From contig JAZRVB010000121.1 in assembly GCA_045598885.1 (NCBI GenBank), positions 3,987-67,986 of the forward strand: DNA of 64,000 nucleotides. The letters are read 5' to 3'. The stretch comes from Bacteroidales bacterium (lineage in GTDB: Bacteria; Bacteroidota; Bacteroidia; Bacteroidales; UBA3663). Shown piece by piece: positions 1-9,775 of the stretch (positions within the stretch are counted from its first letter, which is position 1; each line of letters begins with the position of its first letter). The notes beneath the pieces were generated by a model, which was not told the DNA's origin, made no database searches, and was given only the letters and a program-made list of their open reading frames with translations. The position numbers were made by a program, and so were the translations under genes.

Positions 1-694
1 TGATTTCGTCTGAGTCGATGCCTCCCATACGCATAGGATACCCCGTCACACGCTCATCTATGAAGCCTGTCAGATGTCCGTTTTCATCCATTTCGAGCAG
101 ACCGCCCGGTATTTCCTTGATAAGCACATTGCCCTTGTCGTCGATGATACCGCAGCGGCGGAAACATTCCGTATTGCAGTACATGTTGTGTCCGCCGGAG
201 TCAAACAGTGCGACAGACAGTCCGTGTGAGACAGCATCAAGTTCTGCCAATGTGATATGGTCGGTCATTCTGTTCTTAACCATATCCCATCCGAAACCGA
301 ACAGACAATGCTTGCCGGAATTGGCGGCTTCAAGAGCAGCGGCATCGACTTTCTTCAGGATTTCAGCCTTTCCGTCTTCGTGATCAAACAGCAAACCTCC
401 CTTCATGTTGGCAAGACAAATCGTCATCATGTAATGTGCGTGACCGTCGAAACAGCCCGGCATTACCATACCTTTACCTGTATGGTCAACCACTTCGGTT
501 ACACCATCTTTGATATAGGCTTCTACTCCGGTTTTGTCACCTACGTAGACAAACTTGCCGTTCTTGACAGCAATTGCCTCTGCTACAGGGTTGTCTTCTT
601 CCGCCGTGCGGATTGTTCCGAAAACAACGGTATCAGCCGCCTTGTTGCAGCCGACTGCCATAAGAATGGCGATTGCGTAAATGATTTTTTTCAT
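1..694 (-). CDS. Amidohydrolase-family (YtcJ/amidohydrolase_3-like) lipoprotein, 3' end outside window
   Basis: Minus-strand frame is open from the ATG (complement of 692-694) to the window edge. It is absent from the ORF track because no stop lies in the window. N-terminus MKKIIYAIAILMAVGC is a lipoprotein-type signal. 'GCFDGHAHY' fits the HxH metal motif of amidohydrolases. Confidence 0.7.
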   Translation of the reverse strand, partial: MKKIIYAIAILMAVGCNKAADTVVFGTIRTAEEDNPVAEAIAVKNGKFVYVGDKTGVEAYIKDGVTEVVDHTGKGMVMPGCFDGHAHYMMTICLANMKGGLLFDHEDGKAEILKKVDAAALEAANSGKHCLFGFGWDMVKNRMTDHITLAELDAVSHGLSVALFDSGGHNMYCNTECFRRCGIIDDKGNVLIKEIPGGLLEMDENGHLTGFIDERVTGYPMRMGGIDSDEI

Positions 695-768
695 TGGACA
701 ATAATTGTTATGTTGGCGCATAAATAATTGAATATCAGTAGGTTAATTGAAATATTATTCGTAACTTT

Positions 769-921
769 ATGAGCATCAATCAAATAAGTTATGGGACTAT
801 ATCCTTGGCCAACCTTACTGATAAACAGTGGCAAATTACGGAAAATATTCTTGATCCGAATCATAGAAAGAGAAAATATTCTCTCAGAGACATTATGAAC
901 GCTATTGGTAGGTTCTATTAA
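769..921 (+). pseudogene. Degraded N-terminal fragment of an IS4/IS5-type transposase (HTH/DUF4096-like part only)
   Basis: 50-codon ORF MSINQISYGTISLANLTDKQWQITENILDPNHRKRKYSLRDIMNAI... matches the usual 'LTDxQW...RKRK..LR.I.NAI' N-terminus of Bacteroidota IS transposases. Similarity ends after ~47 aa and no DDE domain follows. Confidence 0.45.
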
Positions 922-1035
922 TTCATAAATTCGAGTGGAAGCCGTTCCGTTAGAGTCAATCTTTCGGAGTCTGTCGCTCATCTGAGGACTTCGGCTATCG
1001 ATTGCGTTCGTTTATCCACTCATTGACATGTTGTT

Positions 1036-2212
1036 TTTGACGATTTGAGACGTACGGGCACAGTTATCCCTTGCAAGTGATAAGCTGTGGCTGGTAAATG
1101 TTGATCTGTACATATCTGAATATGTTATAGACGAGGTTGGTCAGAGCATTGGCTGCTTTGGCTCGCACCATTCCGATGCTGCGGACAAGCGAACCGTCCA
1201 TCGCACCCTCAATGAAGCCGAAGATGTGCTCAATGCGACATCTGTCCTTGGACTTGATGCGGTTGTTCTGCTTCTGTTTGTCAGTCAGAGGGTTGTTGCG
1301 ATGCCCTTTCTCGCAGATGATGGGATTCATTCCTTTCTTCCTGACAATGTCGTCCTTGGATTCATAGCCGGCATCAAGAAAGAGGTCTTGTCCTTTATCC
1401 TTCTCCTCTATGAGAGGCTCGATGACATTTGAGTCGTGTACGCTTGCATCCGTGGTGTGATACTTCTCTATGAGCTTGGTCTTCTTGTCTGCCTTGACGT
1501 GATTCTTGTAACCATAGTGATTTTCACCACGTTTCTTCGTCCATCGGGCATCAATGTCCTTGTGTGACTTCTTGGCCAGCTTGTGTTTCCTCTCCTTTGG
1601 AGTGTCGCCATCCTCGGGATTCCACAGGTCTTTGCCGTTTCCGGCTTTGATCTGTTTGTTCTCCTCCTTGGTGTTTCTCTGCCTTGGGGCTTCAACAAAA
1701 GTGGCATCGATGATCTTGCCCTCGTTGAATGAAAGTCCCTTGTTGTCAAGGAAGGTGCGGAACTCATCAAACAGGCGGTCGAAGGTGCCGTCCTCAGCAA
1801 GCTTGTTCTTGCATGCCCAGACTGTCTTCTCGTCAGGAACCTCTGCCACAGTATGAATGCCAAGGAACTGGCGGAAGCTGGTACGGTCTATAATCTGATA
1901 CTGTATCTGGTGGTCGCCCAAACCATAGTAACGCTGAAGGAATATGACCTTGAACATTAGAACAACATCAATCTGCGGACGTCCTGCCGGAGTCTTGCAG
2001 TCTTTTTTGACCAGCACTTCTTCAAGTGCGGGACGGAACATCTCAAAGTCGACCAAGGCGGCGAGTTGCTCAAGGGGATTACCCATCTGGGAGAGAGCTT
2101 CAATCGTGAACTCCTCCTCGAACAGGTTCTCACCCATCGGCTTGCGGTATATAGTAGTTCTATGCATGATTCTGTATGATTTCTACTACAAAGGTACGAC
2201 TTTTTATCGAAA
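1036..2212. mobile_element. IS5-family insertion sequence (limits approximate)
   Basis: Single transposase ORF. There is only a weak terminal inverted match (1036-1055 vs 2194-2212, shared GTACG...ATCG). The ends and any target duplication could not be fixed by eye. Confidence 0.5.
1064..2167 (-). CDS. IS5-family DDE transposase
   Basis: 367 aa. N-terminal region 'GRPQIDVVLMFKVIFLQRYYGLGDHQIQYQIIDRTSFRQFLG' is typical of IS5 transposases. DDE-type blocks are 'IDATFVEAP', 'LFLDAGY' and 'KDRCRIEHIFGFI'. Confidence 0.9.
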   Translation of the reverse strand: MHRTTIYRKPMGENLFEEEFTIEALSQMGNPLEQLAALVDFEMFRPALEEVLVKKDCKTPAGRPQIDVVLMFKVIFLQRYYGLGDHQIQYQIIDRTSFRQFLGIHTVAEVPDEKTVWACKNKLAEDGTFDRLFDEFRTFLDNKGLSFNEGKIIDATFVEAPRQRNTKEENKQIKAGNGKDLWNPEDGDTPKERKHKLAKKSHKDIDARWTKKRGENHYGYKNHVKADKKTKLIEKYHTTDASVHDSNVIEPLIEEKDKGQDLFLDAGYESKDDIVRKKGMNPIICEKGHRNNPLTDKQKQNNRIKSKDRCRIEHIFGFIEGAMDGSLVRSIGMVRAKAANALTNLVYNIFRYVQINIYQPQLITCKG

Positions 2213-2420
2213 TATTATACCATTTATCTAATTATTAATATGTTAATTTATAGAACATCCCTAGAATGTATTTTGGTGACAGAAGCTTTGAACGATTAGT
2301 TGTTGCTGCTATCACATACAGGCCAACCTTCGAGCACAGATCCTACAATTTGTCACCGATATGCGGATAATCATTTTTATATTATTTATAATTGCTTATA
2401 TGTGATTTAAGATTAAATAC

Positions 2421-2450
2421 AAAAAACGTGGGGTACTGTATGCTCCACGT
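2421..2450 (-). terminator. Candidate intrinsic terminator (minus strand)
   Basis: ACGTGG(GG)...(CT)CCACGT stem. On the minus strand it is followed by a run of six U (plus-strand A6 at 2421-2426). It lies ~250 nt downstream of the 2702 stop. Confidence 0.45.
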
Positions 2451-2701
2451 CTTAACATCCAGGCCCTGAGATAACCTTTGTAAGCAGATGTGGGATAACA
2501 GCCCCACGCAAAAGCGTGGAGACCATTACACCTTCTCTTGCTTACTTATTGAAGTTTCTCAGGCTTCGGATGTACAAGTGGAAGACATAACGCCTCTATA
2601 TTTTTTCACCAGTTTATGTATGTGCTGGGGGTTGCATTATGGATGCTTTCTGTTTCGTAAATATAACTATGATTATGTGATTTGACGTATTTATTTAGAA
2701 T

Positions 2702-4264
2702 TTAGACTATCGCCTCTATTAACTTGCGACCATTCAGTTCAACTGGTGGCAACAGACCTGACTTCTTGGTCTTGTTGAAGCAGAAGCTGAGAAGGTAGCC
2801 TTCCTTTAAGTCGAAGTATTCGAGGTAGCGACAGAGTTGCTCCTCGCCACGCTCGTTGTATGCGTTACCTCGCCATATCTTCAGTTCGATGACGTACTGC
2901 TTACCGAGGTAGTCAATGACGACGTCCATTCGGTCATGGTCACGTGTCTGTTCTTCTATGTGATAGCTACCAATGCCGTTTATGACCGGACGCAGGTAAG
3001 TAAGGAACACCTTGCGACCATCATCTTCAATGAACTCGTTGCCATGGTCCATCTTATACGTCTGGTTCATGTGGACAACGAAGCGTTCCATGAGGTGTGC
3101 CATGTCTATGACACCATCTTTGATAAACTGGCTTTTGTCGATTTGTCCTTGCCTGAAGAAAGACGAATTTTCCTCTTCACTGATAAACAGATTATAAAGA
3201 CGAGTCTCCATGATGCGACAAGCGATGGCTATCTTTCCGTCCTTATTGGATATGTAATTGAACATCGATGCAATCTGGACGTATTTCTCATCGGGATTAT
3301 AATACTTCACTTTACCGGAGAAAAGGATGCCCTTTAATATCTGCTTAAGTTCTGGGTACTCATCCAGCTTCTTAATCATGTTATCAAAGAGTGTGTTACG
3401 TTCAACCAAAATGGCATTGACTGCTTTCAGCACACCTTCCTTATCCCAAGTGTATTGCTCTGCATCGACAATCTGACAGATGCGGCTCACAAGGAATGGA
3501 TAGCCAGAAGTATAGTCGCGAATCATCTGGCCTACAAACACTTCATCAAACGCCAAGTTGTGGTCAGCCCTGTATTCAGCGAGCATACCAGCAATGCCCT
3601 TTGCAGAAAGGCTCATGTCCACATCGAAAGGAACGGCAATGTTCCAAGGACTATTGTACTGGTGTTCATCCTCCTTGCGTATCTTCAGTTTTAGGTTCTT
3701 GATGTCGTAAACGCCTGCAAGGATGACGGATTGAAAGGTCGGACGTGTGTCGCGCTTCAAGTACATTTCCCTGAGAAGCCCCAAGAATTGGATAAATGAA
3801 GCTGAATTGCTGGCTTGATCCACTTCATCGATAAGAAGAATGGCTTTTTCTGTTTTGCACATCTTTGAAATCGTTCTCGTAAAAACGACATCATCAATAG
3901 ATGAGACAGCACTCTTTTCAAGTTCTTCTAGCAACACCTTTGAGGTTTCAGATATATTCTTAACCTCATCCCACAGAATACAATCATTGATTTTCTGTAT
4001 CAACTTAAACAATACTGTATTCAAATTCTGGAAGGAACCCTCTGCCATGCCCTCAAAACTTAGGCTGAAAACAGTATATCCTAGTTTTTCGAGTGTGTTC
4101 TGAAGAGCATTCAGTGTAGTAGTCTTACCATACTGTCTACCACGGTTGATGCAGAAATAGTCACCCTTGGCAACCATCTTGCGGATGATTTCCAAACGGT
4201 CGGTGATGTCCACCATATAGTGTTCATTCGGGCGACAAGTACCCGCTGTATTGAATGTTTTCAT
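2702..4264 (-). CDS. AAA-ATPase-like protein with C-terminal PD-(D/E)XK nuclease-like domain
   Basis: 520 aa. Walker A-like 'NRGRQYGKTTT' and Walker B-like 'ILLIDEVDQ'. The C-terminus 'DVVIDYLGKQYVIELKIWRG' has the D...ExK pattern of the PDDEXK domain commonly fused to this ATPase family in Bacteroidales. Confidence 0.75.
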   Translation of the reverse strand: MKTFNTAGTCRPNEHYMVDITDRLEIIRKMVAKGDYFCINRGRQYGKTTTLNALQNTLEKLGYTVFSLSFEGMAEGSFQNLNTVLFKLIQKINDCILWDEVKNISETSKVLLEELEKSAVSSIDDVVFTRTISKMCKTEKAILLIDEVDQASNSASFIQFLGLLREMYLKRDTRPTFQSVILAGVYDIKNLKLKIRKEDEHQYNSPWNIAVPFDVDMSLSAKGIAGMLAEYRADHNLAFDEVFVGQMIRDYTSGYPFLVSRICQIVDAEQYTWDKEGVLKAVNAILVERNTLFDNMIKKLDEYPELKQILKGILFSGKVKYYNPDEKYVQIASMFNYISNKDGKIAIACRIMETRLYNLFISEEENSSFFRQGQIDKSQFIKDGVIDMAHLMERFVVHMNQTYKMDHGNEFIEDDGRKVFLTYLRPVINGIGSYHIEEQTRDHDRMDVVIDYLGKQYVIELKIWRGNAYNERGEEQLCRYLEYFDLKEGYLLSFCFNKTKKSGLLPPVELNGRKLIEAIV

Positions 4265-4436
4265 AATTACAGTGGTGAAAGTGCACAGCTTTGGCTTTGC
4301 AAAAATATGAAAATCTTCTCAAAAAAAGAGCAAAAAGGCTCTAAAAAATAGCGTTTTTTATAAAACTTTATAACTTATGTTATACAAAACTGACATTTTA
4401 GCGCACATTTCTGCAATTCGTTGCAATCATTCGTTA

Positions 4437-5600
4437 TCATTCTGTTAGTGCTTGATTAAAGAAATCTGACAACCTATTGACTGCCTCAATTCTTGTTGGC
4501 ATAATCACCTCTGCATAGATTTGAGTTGTCTGAATATCCTTATGACCAAGCAACTTGCAGACGGTGAACAGATCACCTCCAGCAGCTATTGCACTCGTTG
4601 CAAAAGTGTGACGAGATACATGGAAACTGACAGTCTTGTTGATGCCGACAGACTTCGCCATCTTCTTCAGTATTACGTTCGTCTGGCAGAGCGAAGTCAA
4701 TCCTGCAAACACCTTCTGGCTTGCTGCATTATTGCCTCTTTCTGGAAGCCATGACAACGCAATGTCACTCAATGGAACACGGACGGAGTGTTTTGTCTTC
4801 TGCATAGAATCGATTACAATCTCTCGCCCTAACGAGGTGTATTGAATGTTACCCCACATGAGAGAAGCAACATCGCTATATCTGAGACCTGTAAAACAAG
4901 CAAACATGAAGGCTTGTTTTGCCAACTTATTCTTGGTGTCTGCTGATGCCATCAGTTCCAATTCTTCTTTTGTTAGGTAGTCACGTGATGTGGGAATCTC
5001 TGCAACCTTTTCCCTATCATTCAATGAATAGAAGGGATTGGCACTGAGAACTCCAGACTGTACGGCATCATTGAGTATCTTGGTCAGTTGGTGCTGATAC
5101 GCAAGACAAGTTCGTGGTGAGAGTGGTTTGGGGTTCTCTGGGCTATTGGTGTTCTTGTATGTGTGTTGCAGATAATCAAGAAAGTCAATCATAAACTTCT
5201 TGTCTATCTTCTTCATAAGCATTCGAGGACGATGTTTGAAAGCCAAGTACGACTTGACCACCTTTATGCAGGAATCCACATTCTCCAAAGTACTGTCTGC
5301 CAGTCGGTCTTCATCCTTCAATCTCTTATAGTAGCCGTCAAGCCAGTCTGCAAAGACACGCTTCGGCAGTTCACCATTGGCTAATGGCTCTGGCTCATCC
5401 TCAATACCCAAGATGCGTTTGGCTTTGATGGCAATAGCCTTATTCATCGTCCCTTCATTCTCCTTCTTGATTGCAGGAGTATTGCCAGGAACGATGTAGA
5501 GGTCAAGGTACTCATACCACCTTTTGCCATTCTCGTAGAAGTCAAGATACAAAGTCTTGTTGCCGTTCTTTAGCGAACGTGAGCGAAGTTCTACAGTCAT
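4437..5600 (-). CDS. Tyrosine site-specific integrase
   Basis: 387 aa. N-terminal arm-binding type 'LKNGNKTLYLDFYENGKRWYEYL'. C-terminal catalytic blocks 'FTGLRYSD' and 'HVSRHTFAT...LLGHKDIQTTQIYAEV'. Confidence 0.9.
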   Translation of the reverse strand: MTVELRSRSLKNGNKTLYLDFYENGKRWYEYLDLYIVPGNTPAIKKENEGTMNKAIAIKAKRILGIEDEPEPLANGELPKRVFADWLDGYYKRLKDEDRLADSTLENVDSCIKVVKSYLAFKHRPRMLMKKIDKKFMIDFLDYLQHTYKNTNSPENPKPLSPRTCLAYQHQLTKILNDAVQSGVLSANPFYSLNDREKVAEIPTSRDYLTKEELELMASADTKNKLAKQAFMFACFTGLRYSDVASLMWGNIQYTSLGREIVIDSMQKTKHSVRVPLSDIALSWLPERGNNAASQKVFAGLTSLCQTNVILKKMAKSVGINKTVSFHVSRHTFATSAIAAGGDLFTVCKLLGHKDIQTTQIYAEVIMPTRIEAVNRLSDFFNQALTE

Positions 5601-5611
5601 ATTGCAATGGG

Positions 5612-6784
5612 TTATTGTTGCTTTCCGAAGTAGTTATCCATCAGATTGATGGTCTCAACCTTCTTCTGGTCAACGATTTTAGCATAAATCTGGGTTGTTT
5701 CTATATTCTTGTGACCTAACAACTTGGACGTAGTGAAGAGGTCAGCACCTAATGTAAGCAACATCGTAGCATAGGAATGTCTGGCACAGTGGAAGGTCAG
5801 ATGTTTCTTGATACCAACACCCTCCATCCACAAGCGGATGTTGCGTTCAACATTGGAATCAGTCGGAAGGCGGAAAACTGGCTCGTTCAGATCCTCCTTC
5901 TTTGGCATCCAGTTCAGAGCCTCATTAGATAGAGGCACATTCACATAGGTCTGAGTCTTTTGCATCAGGCAAGAGACGAACAACGTCTTGTCATCAGGTG
6001 ACTTCTGCACCTTTCCCCAAGTCAGAGTGCGAATGTCGCTCAAACGCAGACCAGTGAAGCAAGCAAAGATGAAAGCCTTCTTAACATCTTCATTGATGCA
6101 AGAACCTGTCATAGCCAGTTTCAACTCTTCGAGAGTCAGGAACTCTCTGGAAGAATCTGGGGTATGAACCTTCTCCTTTGGATTGATTGCCTTCATAGGG
6201 TTACTTTTGAGCATACCTTCACGAACGGCATTATTCAAAGCACCATTGAAGGAAGTCTGCACGGTTGCAGCATAACCAACGCTGATAGTTGATTCCTCCT
6301 TCTTGCGAGCATTCTTTGCAGTTCGCAGGAAACGAATGAAGCCACGGCAGAACTCAACATCGATATTTGCAACCGAAACCAACTGCTGATTGCTTTCGCT
6401 TGCATATTGCTCTACCTTCAGGCGCATATCATGGCGATTCTTCAAAGTCTTTTCAGAAACACCAGTCTTGGCATTCTCATAGTCTTTGAGATAGTCAAGG
6501 AGTAATGTGCTTGACTTACGCACCTTGTCCCATTGCTTCACACTGGCATGTTGGAGGGCAAGAATACGATCCGACTTTATTTTCTCGGCAGTCTGTCGTG
6601 CTTCCTTATTTAATTGACGCGCGTGAGGGCTTGTCTCTGGCACAAGATAAAGTCCAAGAGACTCATATTTGCGCACACCCTTCTGATAAACGTCCAAATA
6701 CAAGCTGATATTTCCGTTAGCGAGTTTGCGCTCACGGATGCGGATAGGCTCTTTTGCCTTAATTTCCTTTTTCTGTCTGCCCAT
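5612..6784 (-). CDS. Tyrosine site-specific integrase (tandem paralogue)
   Basis: 390 aa. 'LANGNISLYLDVYQKGVRKYESL', 'FTGLRLSD', 'HCARHSYAT...LLGHKNIETTQIYAKI'. Confidence 0.9.
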   Translation of the reverse strand: MGRQKKEIKAKEPIRIRERKLANGNISLYLDVYQKGVRKYESLGLYLVPETSPHARQLNKEARQTAEKIKSDRILALQHASVKQWDKVRKSSTLLLDYLKDYENAKTGVSEKTLKNRHDMRLKVEQYASESNQQLVSVANIDVEFCRGFIRFLRTAKNARKKEESTISVGYAATVQTSFNGALNNAVREGMLKSNPMKAINPKEKVHTPDSSREFLTLEELKLAMTGSCINEDVKKAFIFACFTGLRLSDIRTLTWGKVQKSPDDKTLFVSCLMQKTQTYVNVPLSNEALNWMPKKEDLNEPVFRLPTDSNVERNIRLWMEGVGIKKHLTFHCARHSYATMLLTLGADLFTTSKLLGHKNIETTQIYAKIVDQKKVETINLMDNYFGKQQ

Positions 6785-7031
6785 TGATTTTTTCTTATTG
6801 TTGGAAATGGTTTTTAGAAACCCAAAAGAAGAAGGATTTCAGGTGCAAAGATAGTGCTTTTTCTTGGTTCGTGCAACAAATACGCAACAAAAATAACATT
6901 TTTAAGAGTTTTTATGAATCACCTCGGCAAAGATAGGAAAATTCGATTTGTGCTTTACTATGCACTAAATATCAGTGTTTTACACTCTCGATATTTGCTT
7001 TCTTTTCCTATCGCTACTTTTTGTTTCTCGT

Positions 7032-7319
7032 AATAGAAACCTCAAGGAGAAAGGTTTCTACAACAACATCATGGGTACGAGTGCCGTCTTCAGCATCTTC
7101 TGTGACAGCATCCGTCTCGACATGGACAAGATGGAGTTCACCTACTATGGTCGTCAGCGTATCGAGCGCAGAACGAGCATCCTCACCCGAGAGCTCGTCA
7201 CCGCAGGTAGTATGAAGAGAGTTCCGAGAACCGAGAACAACCCTCACGGACTGTTGATCACCAACTGGCGTACGCTCCTCAATAAGGACATCGAGCAGAA
7301 GACCAAGTCTAACTTCTAA
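7032..7319 (+). pseudogene. traK: 3' fragment of conjugative-transposon traK (5' part missing)
   Basis: Translation '...LKEKGFYNNIMG...TYYGRQRIERRTSILTRELVTAGSMKRVPRTENNPHGLLITNW' resembles only the C-terminal ~90 aa of ~200-aa Bacteroides TraK proteins. No credible N-terminus or TM segment lies upstream; integrase genes abut instead. Confidence 0.6.
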
Positions 7320-7330
7320 CAAGAGACACA

Positions 7331-7681
7331 ATGGGAAGCTGGAAGAAGCTGATCATGGGAGAGCCCATGCCGGACAAGGATGATCCTAAGTACAAGGCGC
7401 AGTATGAGAAGGAGGTGGCCACGGGCAGGAAGGTAGCCGAAAGGCTGCACCTCTCGAAGCCTTTCATCAAGGCGCAGGAGTTTGCAAACCGGTACCCTGC
7501 TGCCTTCCTCACGCTGGTCTTCGGTTTCGTCACGCTCTGTCTCTGTATGAACCTGTACAGGATGGCAGATGCCTGGCACAACCGTCCGAAGGAACCGATG
7601 ACAGCCACGGAGGTACAGGAGCAGCTCATCAAGGCCAGGAAGGCGCATACTATAGAAACTAACACAAATATACAGCCATGA
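7331..7681 (+). CDS. traL: TraL-like small conjugative-transposon membrane protein
   Basis: 116 aa with one TM segment (AAFLTLVFGFVTLCLCMNL). It sits between traK and traM as in Bacteroidota CTns. Confidence 0.6.
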   Translation: MGSWKKLIMGEPMPDKDDPKYKAQYEKEVATGRKVAERLHLSKPFIKAQEFANRYPAAFLTLVFGFVTLCLCMNLYRMADAWHNRPKEPMTATEVQEQLIKARKAHTIETNTNIQP

Positions 7682-8901
7682 GAATCAAGGAAATTCGTTT
7701 CAATCAACCGAAATACGTCATCCCGGCCTTAGTCTATGTCTTCGGACTGTTCATCGGATGGATGGTCATTGATATGTTCCACACTGAGATCGAAGACAAG
7801 GAAACAGGACTAGAGACCACCGAGTACCTCAATACCAACCTTCCTCAGGCCAATATCAAGGATGACGGTATCGGCAACCGCTATGACAACATGAAGAAGA
7901 GCTTCGGTGCTGTCAAGGACTTCTCTGCCGTCGAGAATATCGACCGCTATGAGGAAGGCTCGCTCGAAGAGTTCCAGTCGCGCTATAGTGACGATGAGCG
8001 TGACCGTATCGCCGAGGATGCCGCAGCACGCAGTGCCGAGCTGGACCGTCTCAGGGAGATGAGTGAGGCCATCGAGCAGGGAGCAGAGAAGGGCAGAGGG
8101 CTCTACTCCGAGGGAGAGACCGTGCCACAGACCGAAGATCAGCGTCTCGCAGCCTCGAAAGCCCGGCAGGACAGTGCCATGGCAGAGCTCACCAGAGTCC
8201 TCAATGAAAGCCGTCAGGCAGGAAGACAGAAGGTAACAGATGCCCGAGACACCATCGCACTGACAGCACAGATCGCAGTAACCAATAAGGACAATGTCAA
8301 TGCCGATGCCGTCCACACCCTCGATGAGGATGAAAATGCTACGGAAGTGGTCAAGGTACTCACCCAGCAGAACAGCTATTTCAACACCATCGCCGACAAT
8401 GACCCCCAGCCTAAGATGATCAAGGCCATCATCGATGAGGACATCACGGCTGTCAACGGCAGCCGAGTCCGACTCCGTCTTTTGGATGACATACAGATCG
8501 GAGAGGTCACCATGAAGAAAGGCTCGTACCTATATGCCACCATGAGCGGTTTCGGTTCACAGAGAGTCAAGGGTACAGTCCAGAGCATCCTTGCCAACGA
8601 TGAGCTCGTCAAAGTGAGTCTCACGCTCTACGACACCGATGGTCTTGAAGGACTCTATGTGCCTCAGAGCAGGTTCAGAGAGACAGCCAAGAATGTGGGC
8701 AGCGGTGCCATGAGCGGAAGCATGAGCTTCAATCAGGGAGGCAGCAGCGGCGATATGCTCAGACAGTGGGGTATGAATGCCTTGAACAATGCCTATCAGA
8801 AGACAACCAACGCCATTGGCAATGCCGTCAAGCAGAACAAGGCCAAGCTGAAGTATGGTACACAGGTATATCTTATCAACTCTAAAGAGAAGAGACAATA
8901 A
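7678..8901 (+). CDS. traM: Conjugative transposon protein TraM
   Basis: 407 aa. N-terminal TM segment, coiled/charged middle, conserved C-terminal beta-domain ('GSRVRLRLLDDIQIG...YLYA...GFGSQRV'). Gene order is K-L-M-N-O. Confidence 0.85.
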   Translation: MRIKEIRFNQPKYVIPALVYVFGLFIGWMVIDMFHTEIEDKETGLETTEYLNTNLPQANIKDDGIGNRYDNMKKSFGAVKDFSAVENIDRYEEGSLEEFQSRYSDDERDRIAEDAAARSAELDRLREMSEAIEQGAEKGRGLYSEGETVPQTEDQRLAASKARQDSAMAELTRVLNESRQAGRQKVTDARDTIALTAQIAVTNKDNVNADAVHTLDEDENATEVVKVLTQQNSYFNTIADNDPQPKMIKAIIDEDITAVNGSRVRLRLLDDIQIGEVTMKKGSYLYATMSGFGSQRVKGTVQSILANDELVKVSLTLYDTDGLEGLYVPQSRFRETAKNVGSGAMSGSMSFNQGGSSGDMLRQWGMNALNNAYQKTTNAIGNAVKQNKAKLKYGTQVYLINSKEKRQ

Positions 8902-8928
8902 AGTGTAACAGAAAAAAACATCAATAAT

Positions 8929-9771
8929 ATGAAAATGAAGAAGTTTCTTGGACTGGTTGTTACCAGTCTCATGTCCGCAACCGCCCTGAACGCACAGAGC
9001 ACCATCACCGATATGGAGGTGCTCACCGTCAACGAGCATGTCACCACTATCATCACAGCCAGCGAGCCTATCCGCTTCGTTGACATCAGTACCGATATGG
9101 TGGCAGGTGACCAGCCTATCGAGAACACCATCCGTCTGAAGCCCAAGGAGGGCAAGGAAGATGGTGAGATCATGGGCATCGTCACCATTGTCACCGAGCG
9201 TTACCGCACCCAGTACGGTCTCATCTACACCACTGAGATACACGAGGCGGTAACTGATAAGGAGATATGCCTTGCCGACCGCCGTCAGTATAACAACCCA
9301 GCCGTCACCATGAGCACCGAGGATATGTATGCCTATGCCCATAGGATCAGCAGCTCTCCGGCCAACTACCGTGACGTGAGCTATAAGAACCACGGTATGA
9401 GGATGCGACTGAACAACCTCTATAGCATCGGTGACTATTTCTTCGTGGACTACAGTGTCGAGAACGCCACGAACATCAAGTTTGACATCGATGAGATACG
9501 TCTGAAGCTCAATGATAAGAAGATCACCAAGGCTACCAACAACCAGACCATCGACATCAAGCCGACGATGATACTTAACAGAACCACCAGTTTCAAGAAG
9601 GGCTATCGCAATGTAGTGGTCATCAAGAAGATGACCTTCCCTAATGATAAGATACTCACTATAGAGATGAGTGAGAAGCAGATCAGCGGACGCACGCTGA
9701 AGCTGGATATTAACTACGAGGATGTACTCACCGCAGACAGTTTCGATGAGACCCTCCTTAACGTACAGTGA
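8929..9771 (+). CDS. traN: Conjugative transposon protein TraN (DUF4138 type)
   Basis: 280 aa with signal peptide MKMKKFLGLVVTSLMSATALNAQS. Position and size fit TraN. Confidence 0.8.
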   Translation: MKMKKFLGLVVTSLMSATALNAQSTITDMEVLTVNEHVTTIITASEPIRFVDISTDMVAGDQPIENTIRLKPKEGKEDGEIMGIVTIVTERYRTQYGLIYTTEIHEAVTDKEICLADRRQYNNPAVTMSTEDMYAYAHRISSSPANYRDVSYKNHGMRMRLNNLYSIGDYFFVDYSVENATNIKFDIDEIRLKLNDKKITKATNNQTIDIKPTMILNRTTSFKKGYRNVVVIKKMTFPNDKILTIEMSEKQISGRTLKLDINYEDVLTADSFDETLLNVQ

Positions 9772-9775
9772 TGCC

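Noticed and set aside
18-727. Plus-strand ORFs 18-383 and 257-727
   Set aside because: They overlap the minus-strand amidohydrolase reading, which has a lipoprotein signal and an HxH motif. The plus-strand translations are low-complexity and motif-free.
691-981. 96-aa minus-strand ORF
   Set aside because: It lies opposite the IS transposase remnant in AT-rich spacer, and the translation looks random.
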